Notes under the pieces: generated by a model
The model's database searches: none
What the model saw: the letters and a program-made list of their open reading frames with translations, nothing else
Told to the model about the DNA's origin: nothing
Shown here: positions 1 to 8,930 of the stretch, piece after piece
Numbering within the stretch: the stretch's first letter is position 1
Layout: each line of letters begins with the position of its first letter
Source: a virus
Strand: one strand, 5' to 3'
IMG/VR virus record: IMGVR_UViG_3300036715_001865
Span: 32,001-96,000 of that record
DNA: 64,000 nt
Position numbers and translations under genes: made by a program

Positions 1-213
1 AGTCTTCCATTTTACCAGAATTGAACAAGATGGGGCAGAACAAATTGGTAAATTATCACCATGTATTATATGCCATAACCTTTGTTGCAATGAACTGTTT
101 GTTGGTAAAAAATTAGTCTGTTCGATAACCTGTTGCTTAATATGAGCATTGGTTTTTTTTAGATTTAATTCATTCCCATGTTGTTGCCATATTATTGCCT
201 CTTCCTTTGTCAC
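1..213 (-). CDS. Hef-like endonuclease family protein, N-terminal part (runs off the window edge)
   Basis: Not in the ORF track. GTG at 213 follows AGGAG. Reads MTKEEAIIWQQHGNELNLKKTNAHIKQQVIEQTNFLPTNSSLQQRLWHIIHGDNLPICSAPSCSILVKWKT, matching the 'TxFL...R(L/V)H.I...P.C..C' N-termini of 2272..3738 and 7320..8927. Confidence 0.75.
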   Translation of the reverse strand, partial: MTKEEAIIWQQHGNELNLKKTNAHIKQQVIEQTNFLPTNSSLQQRLWHIIHGDNLPICSAPSCSILVKWKT

Positions 214-214
214 A

Positions 215-268
215 AAAATAACTCCTAATTAAAGGAGTTATTTTAACACAAATACAACATATAATCAA
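215..268 (-). promoter_or_regulatory. sigma70-type promoter overlapping an SD-sequestering hairpin
   Basis: TTGATT(268-263)-N17-TAAAAT(245-240), preceded by TG. 12-bp perfect stem (215-226/233-244) whose mRNA 3' arm contains AGGAG. Confidence 0.75.
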
Positions 269-291
269 CAGATTATATTTTACCTGCCCCC
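261..291. repeat. Direct repeat, copy of the tail tube gene 3' end plus -35 box
   Basis: 28 of 31 bases identical to 1611..1641; offset 1350 bp. Confidence 0.8.
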
Positions 292-363
292 AAGCTCTAT
301 TTGCCACATCTGGATTAAAATCCTGTAATGTTTGTATCACTGTGGGTGATATACCTAAATGGT

Positions 364-1527
364 CTAATATCCAATTTGCTCCTTGGTCCACGCTATCTCC
401 AATAGATGAAGGTAATGCCCCACAAAATCTGATTCCCACATAACAACCAGATTATAACCTAGTGATTTTATTAGGTTTTCTCTTTCGATAGTTTTTTGGT
501 ATAGCTCGCCCATTGATTTTCCATTCACTTCATTAATTTCATTTGGTGGATAAATTATTGGATTTCCGTGCCAATAATCACCATGAAACTCATAGATTGT
601 ATTTGTTTCTTCACAGTACCCATCAGCTCTATATCTAGTAGATGGTATTTTCCACTCAGATATTATCTCATAATCTTGTTGAGTTAGCCAGAGTTGGCAC
701 TTATATGAACTCCAAAAATATTGTCTAATTTCAATTTCGTAATGTCGTAAGTGTGAAAGTATAGTTCCATATGTAATAACATCTAATTCACTGGCAATTT
801 GAGTAGCAGTTTTGTTTTGTGTAATGTATTGATCAAATAACCAATTATAATCCTCTATTAATGGGAGAATATCCACCATATGTTGTTGACTAGCATGTTT
901 AACACCATATTTCAATATATTATTATTTGCCCTTTTATTTTTAATTTCTTGTGTTTGTGATGCTCTTATTACCCCATATTTTTTCATATGAGTGGAGGTT
1001 ATAGCATCCTGTACTTGCTTTGTTTGTACTGGAAATACTGTACCATACTTTATCATACAAGTATTATTTCTTTTTTGTCTAACAATAGGGCTTTGTGATG
1101 AATGATGTACACCATATTTCTTTAGATTAGTAGCTACTGTGTTTACTTTCCCACTAGCTGATTGGGCAGCATATTCTACACCATACCTCTCTATCATTGT
1201 TTGTTTTTGTTTTTGTTGTATCAGATCAGAAGACATAGGATTTTTTGTCCCATATCTAATTAAATTGGTAGCAGCTGCTTTGTCTTTTAATTGTGCTGAT
1301 TGCATTGGATTTTCAACACCATACCTCTTTACCATTGTTTGTTTTTGTTTTGCTTGTTGAGATAACTTATCTTGCTTTGCACAACTAGCACTACAATATG
1401 TATTAAATTGTCCCCCAGTAGCCACATTTCTCCATTTTACCTCAGTAGGACACATTTTACACAACACAGGATATGTCTTATGGTGTTTATCTAACCAACC
1501 TTGTTGAATATCAGATATCTTTTTCAT
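364..1527 (-). CDS. Free-standing PD-(D/E)XK (Vsr-like) endonuclease, Hef-like, without GNAT module
   Basis: CxxC/YCSxxC zinc motif, tandem 'KQTMxxRYGVxxxxQ' repeats, an HTH-like segment and RADGYCEETNTIYEFHGDYWHG...LVVMWESD. ATG at 1527 chosen; the ORF track starts at TTG 1539. Confidence 0.75.
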   Translation of the reverse strand: MKKISDIQQGWLDKHHKTYPVLCKMCPTEVKWRNVATGGQFNTYCSASCAKQDKLSQQAKQKQTMVKRYGVENPMQSAQLKDKAAATNLIRYGTKNPMSSDLIQQKQKQTMIERYGVEYAAQSASGKVNTVATNLKKYGVHHSSQSPIVRQKRNNTCMIKYGTVFPVQTKQVQDAITSTHMKKYGVIRASQTQEIKNKRANNNILKYGVKHASQQHMVDILPLIEDYNWLFDQYITQNKTATQIASELDVITYGTILSHLRHYEIEIRQYFWSSYKCQLWLTQQDYEIISEWKIPSTRYRADGYCEETNTIYEFHGDYWHGNPIIYPPNEINEVNGKSMGELYQKTIERENLIKSLGYNLVVMWESDFVGHYLHLLEIAWTKEQIGY

Positions 1528-1562
1528 AGTCCCAACCAACTGCTAATTTGTGTACCCTAGAC

Positions 1563-1618
1563 ATAATAAACTCCTATTGAAAGGAGTTTATTATAAACCA
1601 CATAAGTAAAATAATCAA
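1563..1618 (-). promoter_or_regulatory. sigma70-type promoter overlapping an SD-sequestering hairpin
   Basis: TTGATT(1618-1613)-N17-TATAAT(1595-1590). 13-bp perfect stem 1563-1575/1582-1594 containing AGGAG. Confidence 0.8.
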
Positions 1619-1641
1619 CTGATTAAATTTTACCTGCACCC
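1611..1641. repeat. Direct repeat (tail tube 3' end, stop codon and -35 box)
   Basis: Partner of 261..291. Confidence 0.8.
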
Positions 1642-2210
1642 CCTGTAGCAATCCCCGGACCCTGTGAATATCCTCCAAGTACTTGTCTTGCATGGTCAAA
1701 ACTGATTACAACAGCTAGTTCAACTGGATCACCTGTTTCATATGCCAACTCTGCATAATCAATACTTTCAATCCAACAACCTTCAATTGTCCATTTTTCA
1801 ATCACTTGATCATTACCATCTAACATATCTAAGTAACTAACAAACTTATATAATGAACCTTCCCCAGCAGCCGCGAGCCATTGACCTTCAGCCCCAATTA
1901 ACCACTGTTGTTTTTGTTCCTGTGCTTGTAATACTCGAGATGCAGTTCCAGTAACATCATCTTGAATCGTAAGGTTCATTGGTTCCCACGAATGTTTACC
2001 AGCAATATATGAAATTGAGTTATAACGATGCAATGTTATTTTCTCATGTTTTAATTGTGGTCTACTAACCTTTGTTGTTTGCATAGATATTGGCTGACTA
2101 TCTGTTCCACCACCCATGTTCGCAAAGGTGATTCTCCATCTATTTTTGTGTTTTGGGTGTAGGATACCTGTTCCAACACCTGGAATCCCTATATCATTAA
2201 TTGTTGACAT
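1623..2210 (-). CDS. gp19: Tail tube protein
   Basis: 'KHKNRWRITF', 'YIAGKHSWEPMNLTIQDD', 'WTIEGCW...L.Y......ELAVVISFD' match the T4 gp19-type tube; downstream of the sheath gene; has a late promoter. Confidence 0.9.
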   Translation of the reverse strand: MSTINDIGIPGVGTGILHPKHKNRWRITFANMGGGTDSQPISMQTTKVSRPQLKHEKITLHRYNSISYIAGKHSWEPMNLTIQDDVTGTASRVLQAQEQKQQWLIGAEGQWLAAAGEGSLYKFVSYLDMLDGNDQVIEKWTIEGCWIESIDYAELAYETGDPVELAVVISFDHARQVLGGYSQGPGIATGGAGKI

Positions 2211-2237
2211 GAATTATATCTCCTAATTTGTTTATTA

Positions 2238-2245
2238 TATTTATA
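2238..2245 (-). promoter_or_regulatory. T4-type late promoter TATAAATA (tail tube)
   Basis: Exact consensus 28 nt upstream of the start codon. Confidence 0.85.
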
Positions 2246-2271
2246 CAAACGAGGGTATTATAATACAAAAA

Positions 2272-3738
2272 TCACATTAACACATATTTAATCTTGCCAC
2301 AGTCCCATATCCGCAAAACTCCATTTAAGTCACAATTAACTTTTTCACTCAACTGCTCGTCATATTTTTTTAATAATTTTGATAGGTACTTTCGACGATA
2401 GTTAAATTTGTGTACCCGATTGTGTCCATCTGGGGAATAATAATAATCAGGAGGTAGAGTACTTACAGAAATAAACCCAGTGGCTTGGTATAACTCTCCT
2501 GAACTCCACCTCAAATCCGCAAATGTTACGATCTGGGACGGAGCATAATTGGTTTTGAAATATGATAATAACTTAGTAAACCCACCTACAATCAATGAAG
2601 ATGTGGCATATCTATTTAACACAAATGCTCCACCCTGTTGTTGTATAAACGACATACAAGATACCAACTCATTGTCATATGTTAGTCCTATATTAATGGA
2701 ACTAGGACCGTCCCCTTGTATGTGGTGGGCAGTAAGAAAGGATTGCTTAACATCTGGAGATACTGTTTGGATAATACACTTTCTGCCATATAACCGAGGT
2801 CGATTATCACAGTTTAATAAAATATTTAATTTTTCTTTTATTATAGGTTGTTTTTGTTTCCACTCATCTTCGTATATTGTCAACAATCTAATACCCAACT
2901 GTTCACACATTTTGTGTTTGGTGCTGTGATAATGTTTATGTTTACCTTGTTGTTCACTGTGCCAATACAACCCACAATACTCAATTGCTAAATTATACTC
3001 TGGTATGAATATATCAAGCTCATATGGAGGTATGATAGTACGAACATTGACATCAAACGAAATAGACAATCCACGTAAATAATCACCTATTTGTTTTTCG
3101 CCAGTAGATACGAAAAAATGCTTTGTATCATATCCTAGTTTATGCAAGTTTCGTTGAACTGTATTAACATCAACTTCTAGCTCTGTAGCGATATCACTCA
3201 ATGTTCTTTTATTGACATGGTGTTGTTCTTGTAACCACGTAGGGTCTATTAATTTGGAATAACTGGTAGGTATTATGTGTTTTTGATTTTTGTGTATTCT
3301 ACCATACCGTTGGATATTTGTGCTTTGTTGTTTATTTTTAACTTCAACAGTTTGTTGTGGAATAGTAGTACCATACCGTTGGACATTTGTATTATTGCGC
3401 TTGATGATCCGATTAGGATTATCAATCCCACATTTATACGAACAGGTATCAGAATACCCAACATTTTTTCCTGTTGTATTAAACTTAACTAGACTATGAC
3501 ACACTACACACAGTTTTGGGGAGATTATATGGTTTTTAATACAATGAACCCTCTCCCTAAGAGACGATTTTAAATCATCTGTTATGAAGTCGGTGCGGGT
3601 CATTATATATGAAGTTGCAACAGGGTTTAATTTCAACACCCCAAATGATTTTTTTGATAATTTATAATCACTATCTAGTATACCACAATCTACTAGGTGG
3701 GTCAGAATTTCACTATCAGTTTTAAATTCATCAGACAC
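2272..3738 (-). CDS. Hef-like endonuclease with C-terminal GNAT/Mom-like module
   Basis: Zn motif and RYG repeats; ELDIFIPEYNLAIEYCGLYWHS nuclease motif; HIQG...LNRY...GGFTKL...TFADLRW...GF...IWDCG module. Confidence 0.8.
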   Translation of the reverse strand: MSDEFKTDSEILTHLVDCGILDSDYKLSKKSFGVLKLNPVATSYIMTRTDFITDDLKSSLRERVHCIKNHIISPKLCVVCHSLVKFNTTGKNVGYSDTCSYKCGIDNPNRIIKRNNTNVQRYGTTIPQQTVEVKNKQQSTNIQRYGRIHKNQKHIIPTSYSKLIDPTWLQEQHHVNKRTLSDIATELEVDVNTVQRNLHKLGYDTKHFFVSTGEKQIGDYLRGLSISFDVNVRTIIPPYELDIFIPEYNLAIEYCGLYWHSEQQGKHKHYHSTKHKMCEQLGIRLLTIYEDEWKQKQPIIKEKLNILLNCDNRPRLYGRKCIIQTVSPDVKQSFLTAHHIQGDGPSSINIGLTYDNELVSCMSFIQQQGGAFVLNRYATSSLIVGGFTKLLSYFKTNYAPSQIVTFADLRWSSGELYQATGFISVSTLPPDYYYSPDGHNRVHKFNYRRKYLSKLLKKYDEQLSEKVNCDLNGVLRIWDCGKIKYVLM

Positions 3739-3799
3739 AAAAAACTCCTATTTTTATTAATATTATATAGGAGTTTTTTGTTTTTTACAACATTACTTA
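3725..3799. repeat. 75-bp direct repeat carrying promoter, hairpin, SD and first codons
   Basis: 3725-3792 is identical to 5318-5385 (68 bp), followed by one mismatch and 6 more identities. Confidence 0.95.
3738..3790 (-). promoter_or_regulatory. sigma70 promoter within a terminator-like, SD-sequestering hairpin
   Basis: TTGTAA(3790-3785)-N17-TATAAT(3767-3762). 14-bp stem CAAAAAACTCCTAT/ATAGGAGTTTTTTG; the U6 tract is the SD-to-GTG spacer. Confidence 0.8.
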
Positions 3800-5331
3800 G
3801 TCAATACCCATCTCTGTAGACCACAATTATATATTTGGTGTATGTTGTTATTGTGGGTATTGGTTACTTCACTTAGGTTGGGGTCATAAGTTTTTAATAG
3901 ATTAGGTAAGTTCTTGTGTCTATAATTAAATTTATGAACCCGACACTCGCCTATAACATATTGGTAATCAGGAGGAGTAATTTTATCTAACACAAACCCA
4001 TTTGTACCATATATTGTTCCAACACTCCATCTCAGATCAGCAAAACTTATAATAGTAGCCCACTCATTATTATTTTTAAAATGCGACAATAATTTACTAA
4101 ACCCACCTCGCACCTGTCCAATGGTAGCATACCTATTCAATACAAAGTTGCCTTCACCTTTATTAATAAAGGTCATCATCGCTACAAAATTGCCACCATA
4201 GGTAAGTCCATATGTTGTGGACCCTGGACCATCTCCTTGTATATGATAGGAATCAAAAAATTCTGATTTTGTTTTCTTGTTTGGTACTGTGATTACACAC
4301 GACCGCCCATTAATTTTTACACCTTCACTATATCCAAGTATAGTTCTGATGGTATTTTTAACCAGGTGTGAATTATTCAACCACTCATCCGAGAATATAG
4401 TGATTAATCTAATTCCAATATCTGCACACCTATTATATTTCATTTGGTGATAATTGGATGTTTTGTATTCAGAGGAGTGCCAATATAATCCACAATATTC
4501 TATGGCTATGTTTTTATCAGGGATGTAAATATCTAGTTCATATGGTTTAATTAATGACCTATTTTTAACTTCAAAAATTACACCAATTTCTGTTAGAAAC
4601 CGTTCAATATCAACTTGTTGCTGTGAAGATGATTGGTGCCAATACTGTACTTCTATTCCATGTTTTATTAATCTACTAGAGACTACTTTATGGGAGTTTT
4701 TCCAATGTAATCCCAATTCAACACACATAGATGCAACTGTCCGTTGATTAGTTATGTGTTGTTCATACAACCAATCAACGCTATTGAGTTTATTAATGGC
4801 TTCCTCAGATAAAACAGATAATAGCTTGACTGTGCTGGACGGTATCCACCCATTATCAATCTTTCGTCCTATGGTTATTTTTCTAATTTGTTTACTATGT
4901 TCACTATATTGTCTATGTTGAGACAGTGCAGTTAATTGAATTTTTTGACGAGTATCAGTTGATGTTGTGTTGCCGTTGTTCCAATGGGTAATTTGTCCAG
5001 TTGAGAATCGTTCTTTTCTGGTATTGGACAATTGAATGTTTTGTTCAACTGTTCTTGGGATGCCTTTGTTCCAAGCTTGGGTAGGATTATCTAATTTTGT
5101 TTGTTTTATCTTTTCAACCACCTCTAATGATCTTGGTACTCCTTTTCTACTTGAATTTGATCTAATGGCTGCTTCTCGTTTTCTATTGGTTGCATTTGTG
5201 GACTTTAAAACAGCAGTGGGATACAACAGTTTATACTCTGGTAACGTGGTGCTATGTTTTGAAAGATGTTTCCATGTAATGGTAGACATTTCTGCACCAC
5301 ATATCAAACATTTAATTAATTCATCAGACAC
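3793..5331 (-). CDS. Hef-like endonuclease with C-terminal GNAT/Mom-like module
   Basis: N-terminal CxxC..H..H zinc finger and NUMOD3-like 'AWNKG' repeats; ELDIYIPDKNIAIEYCGLYWHS; HIQG...SFADLRW...NCG module. Confidence 0.8.
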   Translation of the reverse strand: MSDELIKCLICGAEMSTITWKHLSKHSTTLPEYKLLYPTAVLKSTNATNRKREAAIRSNSSRKGVPRSLEVVEKIKQTKLDNPTQAWNKGIPRTVEQNIQLSNTRKERFSTGQITHWNNGNTTSTDTRQKIQLTALSQHRQYSEHSKQIRKITIGRKIDNGWIPSSTVKLLSVLSEEAINKLNSVDWLYEQHITNQRTVASMCVELGLHWKNSHKVVSSRLIKHGIEVQYWHQSSSQQQVDIERFLTEIGVIFEVKNRSLIKPYELDIYIPDKNIAIEYCGLYWHSSEYKTSNYHQMKYNRCADIGIRLITIFSDEWLNNSHLVKNTIRTILGYSEGVKINGRSCVITVPNKKTKSEFFDSYHIQGDGPGSTTYGLTYGGNFVAMMTFINKGEGNFVLNRYATIGQVRGGFSKLLSHFKNNNEWATIISFADLRWSVGTIYGTNGFVLDKITPPDYQYVIGECRVHKFNYRHKNLPNLLKTYDPNLSEVTNTHNNNIHQIYNCGLQRWVLTK

Positions 5332-5392
5332 AAAAAACTCCTATTTTTATTAATATTATATAGGAGTTTTTTGTTTTTTACAACACTACTTA
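5318..5392. repeat. 75-bp direct repeat (second copy), directly behind the sheath stop codon
   Basis: Partner of 3725..3799; contains the same promoter, hairpin and GTG TCT GAT GAA TT start. Confidence 0.95.
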
Positions 5393-5394
5393 AG

Positions 5395-7128
5395 TTATGC
5401 TGTCAAGGACGCACCGGTTGCAACAATTCGGATTGGAATATATATAAATTCCGCGGCCCTTACAGGTTTCAATGCGACATCGAGATACATTTCATTTCTA
5501 TCAATGCGATCAGGTGTATTATTAGAGGAATCACAGACTGTAGCGAAATCATATAGACCACGTTTAACAATCAAATCACCCAAAAATGAATCAACAGCAG
5601 CTTTTAGGTTATCTCTGGTTAGTTGATCATTTGGTTCAAACACAAACGGCATTGTGTTTTTGCGTAATGAACGTTTGATATATTGAACCAAACGTACCAC
5701 ATTGATACGATCCATTGCTGAAGCATCCGGAGCAGAAGTTTTTTGTCCCCATACAATAATACCTCTTCCTGGGAAGAACACAATAGGATTAATATTGGTA
5801 AAGTATTTGTATAAGTTATCTCTTTGTCCTAAATTCAAAGCAACTGGGTTGAATGTAGTTGGTGTTCCTAGAGTACCAGATACATATCCAACTTCAGATA
5901 TACTTGATACTTGTCCACGTCTAGTTCCAGCTGGTGCAAACCACATTTCTGACACTTCATCACTGTATATGATTGTGCGTAATGCAGTACCAGATGCTGA
6001 AACGAATACATTTGCTCCATCTAAATTTGATGCTAATCCGTGTGGATAATAATATGCCACATTTCGGTTAGATCTTCGTTCAACAGTAGCAGCCCAAGTT
6101 ACAACATCTTCTGGAGTTTTGGTAAATGGAGTATCAGCAATAACAAATGCTTCTTCTTGTATATCAATTACCAAATTGATTAATTCATCCACAACTTCAG
6201 GGAAACCAGGACATACAACAATGTTATATTCGTATGCTTCTGATCTTATATCAGTGTTGCTGTTAATAGATGCTTGTAAGGCTGTAACAACAGCAACTCT
6301 ACGTGCAGCATCATTTGAACCAAGGCTAGTTTCGTTGGCAAATTGATTAGTATACTTAAATTCATCAGCACCACCCAATAAAGCGTTACCAGCTTCTTGT
6401 GGAGTCCATTCAGTAGTTACAATTCCACCTAAGTTATTGTTAACCCAGTCAGTTGCAATTCCAGCTAATCCAAGAAATACACCAGTTGCAGCATTAGTAC
6501 AACCATTAGCATACACTAAATATGGAGAGGACGCATGGTCATCCATGAAACTAATACGACTGTGTGCAAATGAGAACATGCTCCAAATAGGTTGTGTTGC
6601 TGCTGCTGCAAGTGATAAGAATTTGGTACGATTGATAGTGGTTTTGTAAGTTGGGTCTGATGGAACATATCCATTTGATAAATTAAATTCATTCAAATAT
6701 GCATTTGCTAAATTTTCCAGAACATACGAAGCTTCTTGGATTTTAGTATCCCACATCATTTGAATATCAGCAACATTATCGTTCAAGTTTACATTTGCAC
6801 GAATAACATATGCTCTGCTACAAATACCTAAACACTGATTCAATGCAAACAAACCGTATTCATTTCGGGTATCCCCATGTAGTGGTCTACCACTAGTATC
6901 TGTTAAGAATTTAGGAATACCATACAATTCAGTACTTTGTCTTAAACTGGTAAGAGTTCGGATCACATTAGATTCATATGTGCCTGCCGCCCCAGATATA
7001 CCATCTGGTTTAGTTTTTTCATCAGCTGTTGCTATGAAAATTAATGGGACAGTTTTAGCTGATGCTGGAATGAAAAAGGATTCATCTGTCACAGTAACTG
7101 ATACCCCTGGGCTAATTAAATTTGCCAT
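5395..7128 (-). CDS. gp18: Contractile tail sheath protein
   Basis: 'LISPGVSVTVTDES' N-terminus; 'WFAPAGTRRG', 'WGQKT', 'DRINVVRL', 'FVFEPND..TR', 'KPVRAAEFIYI' sheath motifs. Confidence 0.95.
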   Translation of the reverse strand: MANLISPGVSVTVTDESFFIPASAKTVPLIFIATADEKTKPDGISGAAGTYESNVIRTLTSLRQSTELYGIPKFLTDTSGRPLHGDTRNEYGLFALNQCLGICSRAYVIRANVNLNDNVADIQMMWDTKIQEASYVLENLANAYLNEFNLSNGYVPSDPTYKTTINRTKFLSLAAAATQPIWSMFSFAHSRISFMDDHASSPYLVYANGCTNAATGVFLGLAGIATDWVNNNLGGIVTTEWTPQEAGNALLGGADEFKYTNQFANETSLGSNDAARRVAVVTALQASINSNTDIRSEAYEYNIVVCPGFPEVVDELINLVIDIQEEAFVIADTPFTKTPEDVVTWAATVERRSNRNVAYYYPHGLASNLDGANVFVSASGTALRTIIYSDEVSEMWFAPAGTRRGQVSSISEVGYVSGTLGTPTTFNPVALNLGQRDNLYKYFTNINPIVFFPGRGIIVWGQKTSAPDASAMDRINVVRLVQYIKRSLRKNTMPFVFEPNDQLTRDNLKAAVDSFLGDLIVKRGLYDFATVCDSSNNTPDRIDRNEMYLDVALKPVRAAEFIYIPIRIVATGASLTA

Positions 7129-7215
7129 GTTGTTTCTCCTTGGGAAAATTATATTAATTATATTTCACACATTTCATCCCGCAGATAATGCAAGAACTTT
7201 ATTGTGTTACATATA

Positions 7216-7223
7216 TATTTATC
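7216..7223 (-). promoter_or_regulatory. Probable late promoter variant GATAAATA (sheath)
   Basis: One mismatch to TATAAATA; the only candidate upstream of the sheath start. Confidence 0.55.
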
Positions 7224-7239
7224 AAAAAGTACTTTTTTG

Positions 7240-7268
7240 TTGGCTTTTGATCTAATAGCATATATAAT
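7240..7268 (+). promoter_or_regulatory. sigma70-type promoter of the reverse-oriented endonuclease
   Basis: TTGGCT(7240-7245)-N17-TATAAT(7263-7268). Confidence 0.65.
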
Positions 7269-7319
7269 AAGAGTAATCAGTAATCATAACTTCAACCAGA
7301 TAAGGAATCATCAGTAATC

Positions 7320-8927
7320 ATGAATGAGCTTGAAACAGAATTGCACAAATTAAACATATTCACCCACAATGGAACTATTAATAAACAAGCGTCCAGATTA
7401 TTAACCAACAATCCTGAGACATTATATAAATTAATAGAAGCAACAAAATTTCTAGAAAACCACCCCTCTAATCGAGCCAGATTACATGCTTTGAGAACGG
7501 GACTATTATCACAACCCAAGTGTGCAACATGCTCAACAGCCACTACATTTAATAATGCGACTGGACAGTTTAATAAATTTTGTCCAAATACTGGTGGGAA
7601 ATCTTGTACAAACAGTAACACAGACTCCATTCTTAAAAAAAATACCACTATGGTTAAAAAGTATGGAGTTACCAATGCTGCACACAGTGAGGAGTTACAA
7701 ACCAAACGGAACAATACTATGGTGGCTAGGTATGGCTGTACAACACCTATACAAAATGCTGACATTAAACAAAAAATAAAAGATACCATGATGGCTAGAT
7801 ATGGAACGATGCATATTGCTCATATTCCACAATCTGCCACGAAACGAAAGGAAACTAACATCCGCAAATTTGGAGCTGCTACATATGCTCAATCATTGGT
7901 GCCCACTGAAGCTATAGACCTATTATCAAACATAGATTGGTTGTCAGACAATTTAAAAGATTTTACGGTGGCAGAAGTTGCGATAGCAGCAAACACGTCT
8001 GTATTTACGGTTAGAAAATGGATTTATCATCACAATCTACAACACTTGTTGGTATCAACTGGCTCATCTGATCAACGAGAGTTGGCAAGATTCCTAGATA
8101 CACTGGATTTAGAATATACAACCAATGATAAGCAACTAATTGCTCCAAAGGAAGTGGATTTTTATATACCATCCAAGCAATTAGCTGTGGAATATAATGG
8201 AATTTTTTACCACTCACAGTTATCAAAACGAGATAAAAATTACCACATAAACAAAACAACTAGTTGCAACAATAATGGGGTTAGATTAATTCAAATATGG
8301 TCAAATGAATGGAAAAACAAGAAAGACATTGTACAATCCAGAATATTACATGCTGTCGGAATGTCTACTCGAATATATGCTCGGAAGTGTAATATAATTG
8401 TATTACCAACAGCAAACGAACAACAATTTTTTGACGATAACCACATACAGGGAGCAGTACGATCAACTATTTGTTTTGGATTGGAATTGGATGGTAAAGT
8501 GGTAGCATGTATGAGTTTTATAAAATCCAGATTTTCCCCAACTCATGAATGGGAACTATTAAGATATAGTGGCATTAAAAACCATACAATATTAGGTGGC
8601 GCAAGCAAATTGTTTAAACATTTTGTAAAAACACATAATCCAACATCTATAGTGTCCTACTGCGACCTACGTTGGGGAACTGGGACATTATATTCCCAAT
8701 TAGGTTTTACATATTCACACACAAGTGCACCTAATTATTTTTATTTTGTCAGAAATGGGGATACTAATAAGTTATTCACAAGGGTCAATTTCCAAAAGCA
8801 CAAACTAGCTAATAAACTAACCACATTTACCCCAGAACATACAGAATGGGAAAACATGGTTAATAATGGTTATGATAGAATTTGGGATTGTGGGAACAAG
8901 GTATTTACTTGGAATAATGGCGGATAG
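7320..8927 (+). CDS. Hef-like endonuclease with GNAT/Mom-like module, antisense to the structural operon
   Basis: Zn motif and KYG repeats; EVDFYIPSKQLAVEYNGIFYHS; NHIQG...WELLRY...GGASKL...SYCDLRW...IWDCG. Confidence 0.8.
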   Translation: MNELETELHKLNIFTHNGTINKQASRLLTNNPETLYKLIEATKFLENHPSNRARLHALRTGLLSQPKCATCSTATTFNNATGQFNKFCPNTGGKSCTNSNTDSILKKNTTMVKKYGVTNAAHSEELQTKRNNTMVARYGCTTPIQNADIKQKIKDTMMARYGTMHIAHIPQSATKRKETNIRKFGAATYAQSLVPTEAIDLLSNIDWLSDNLKDFTVAEVAIAANTSVFTVRKWIYHHNLQHLLVSTGSSDQRELARFLDTLDLEYTTNDKQLIAPKEVDFYIPSKQLAVEYNGIFYHSQLSKRDKNYHINKTTSCNNNGVRLIQIWSNEWKNKKDIVQSRILHAVGMSTRIYARKCNIIVLPTANEQQFFDDNHIQGAVRSTICFGLELDGKVVACMSFIKSRFSPTHEWELLRYSGIKNHTILGGASKLFKHFVKTHNPTSIVSYCDLRWGTGTLYSQLGFTYSHTSAPNYFYFVRNGDTNKLFTRVNFQKHKLANKLTTFTPEHTEWENMVNNGYDRIWDCGNKVFTWNNGG

Positions 8928-8930
8928 CCA

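Noticed and set aside
170-439. 89-aa minus-strand ORF from the track
   Set aside because: It overlaps the nuclease 3' end, the promoter/hairpin and the real GTG-213 gene in another frame, and has no SD.
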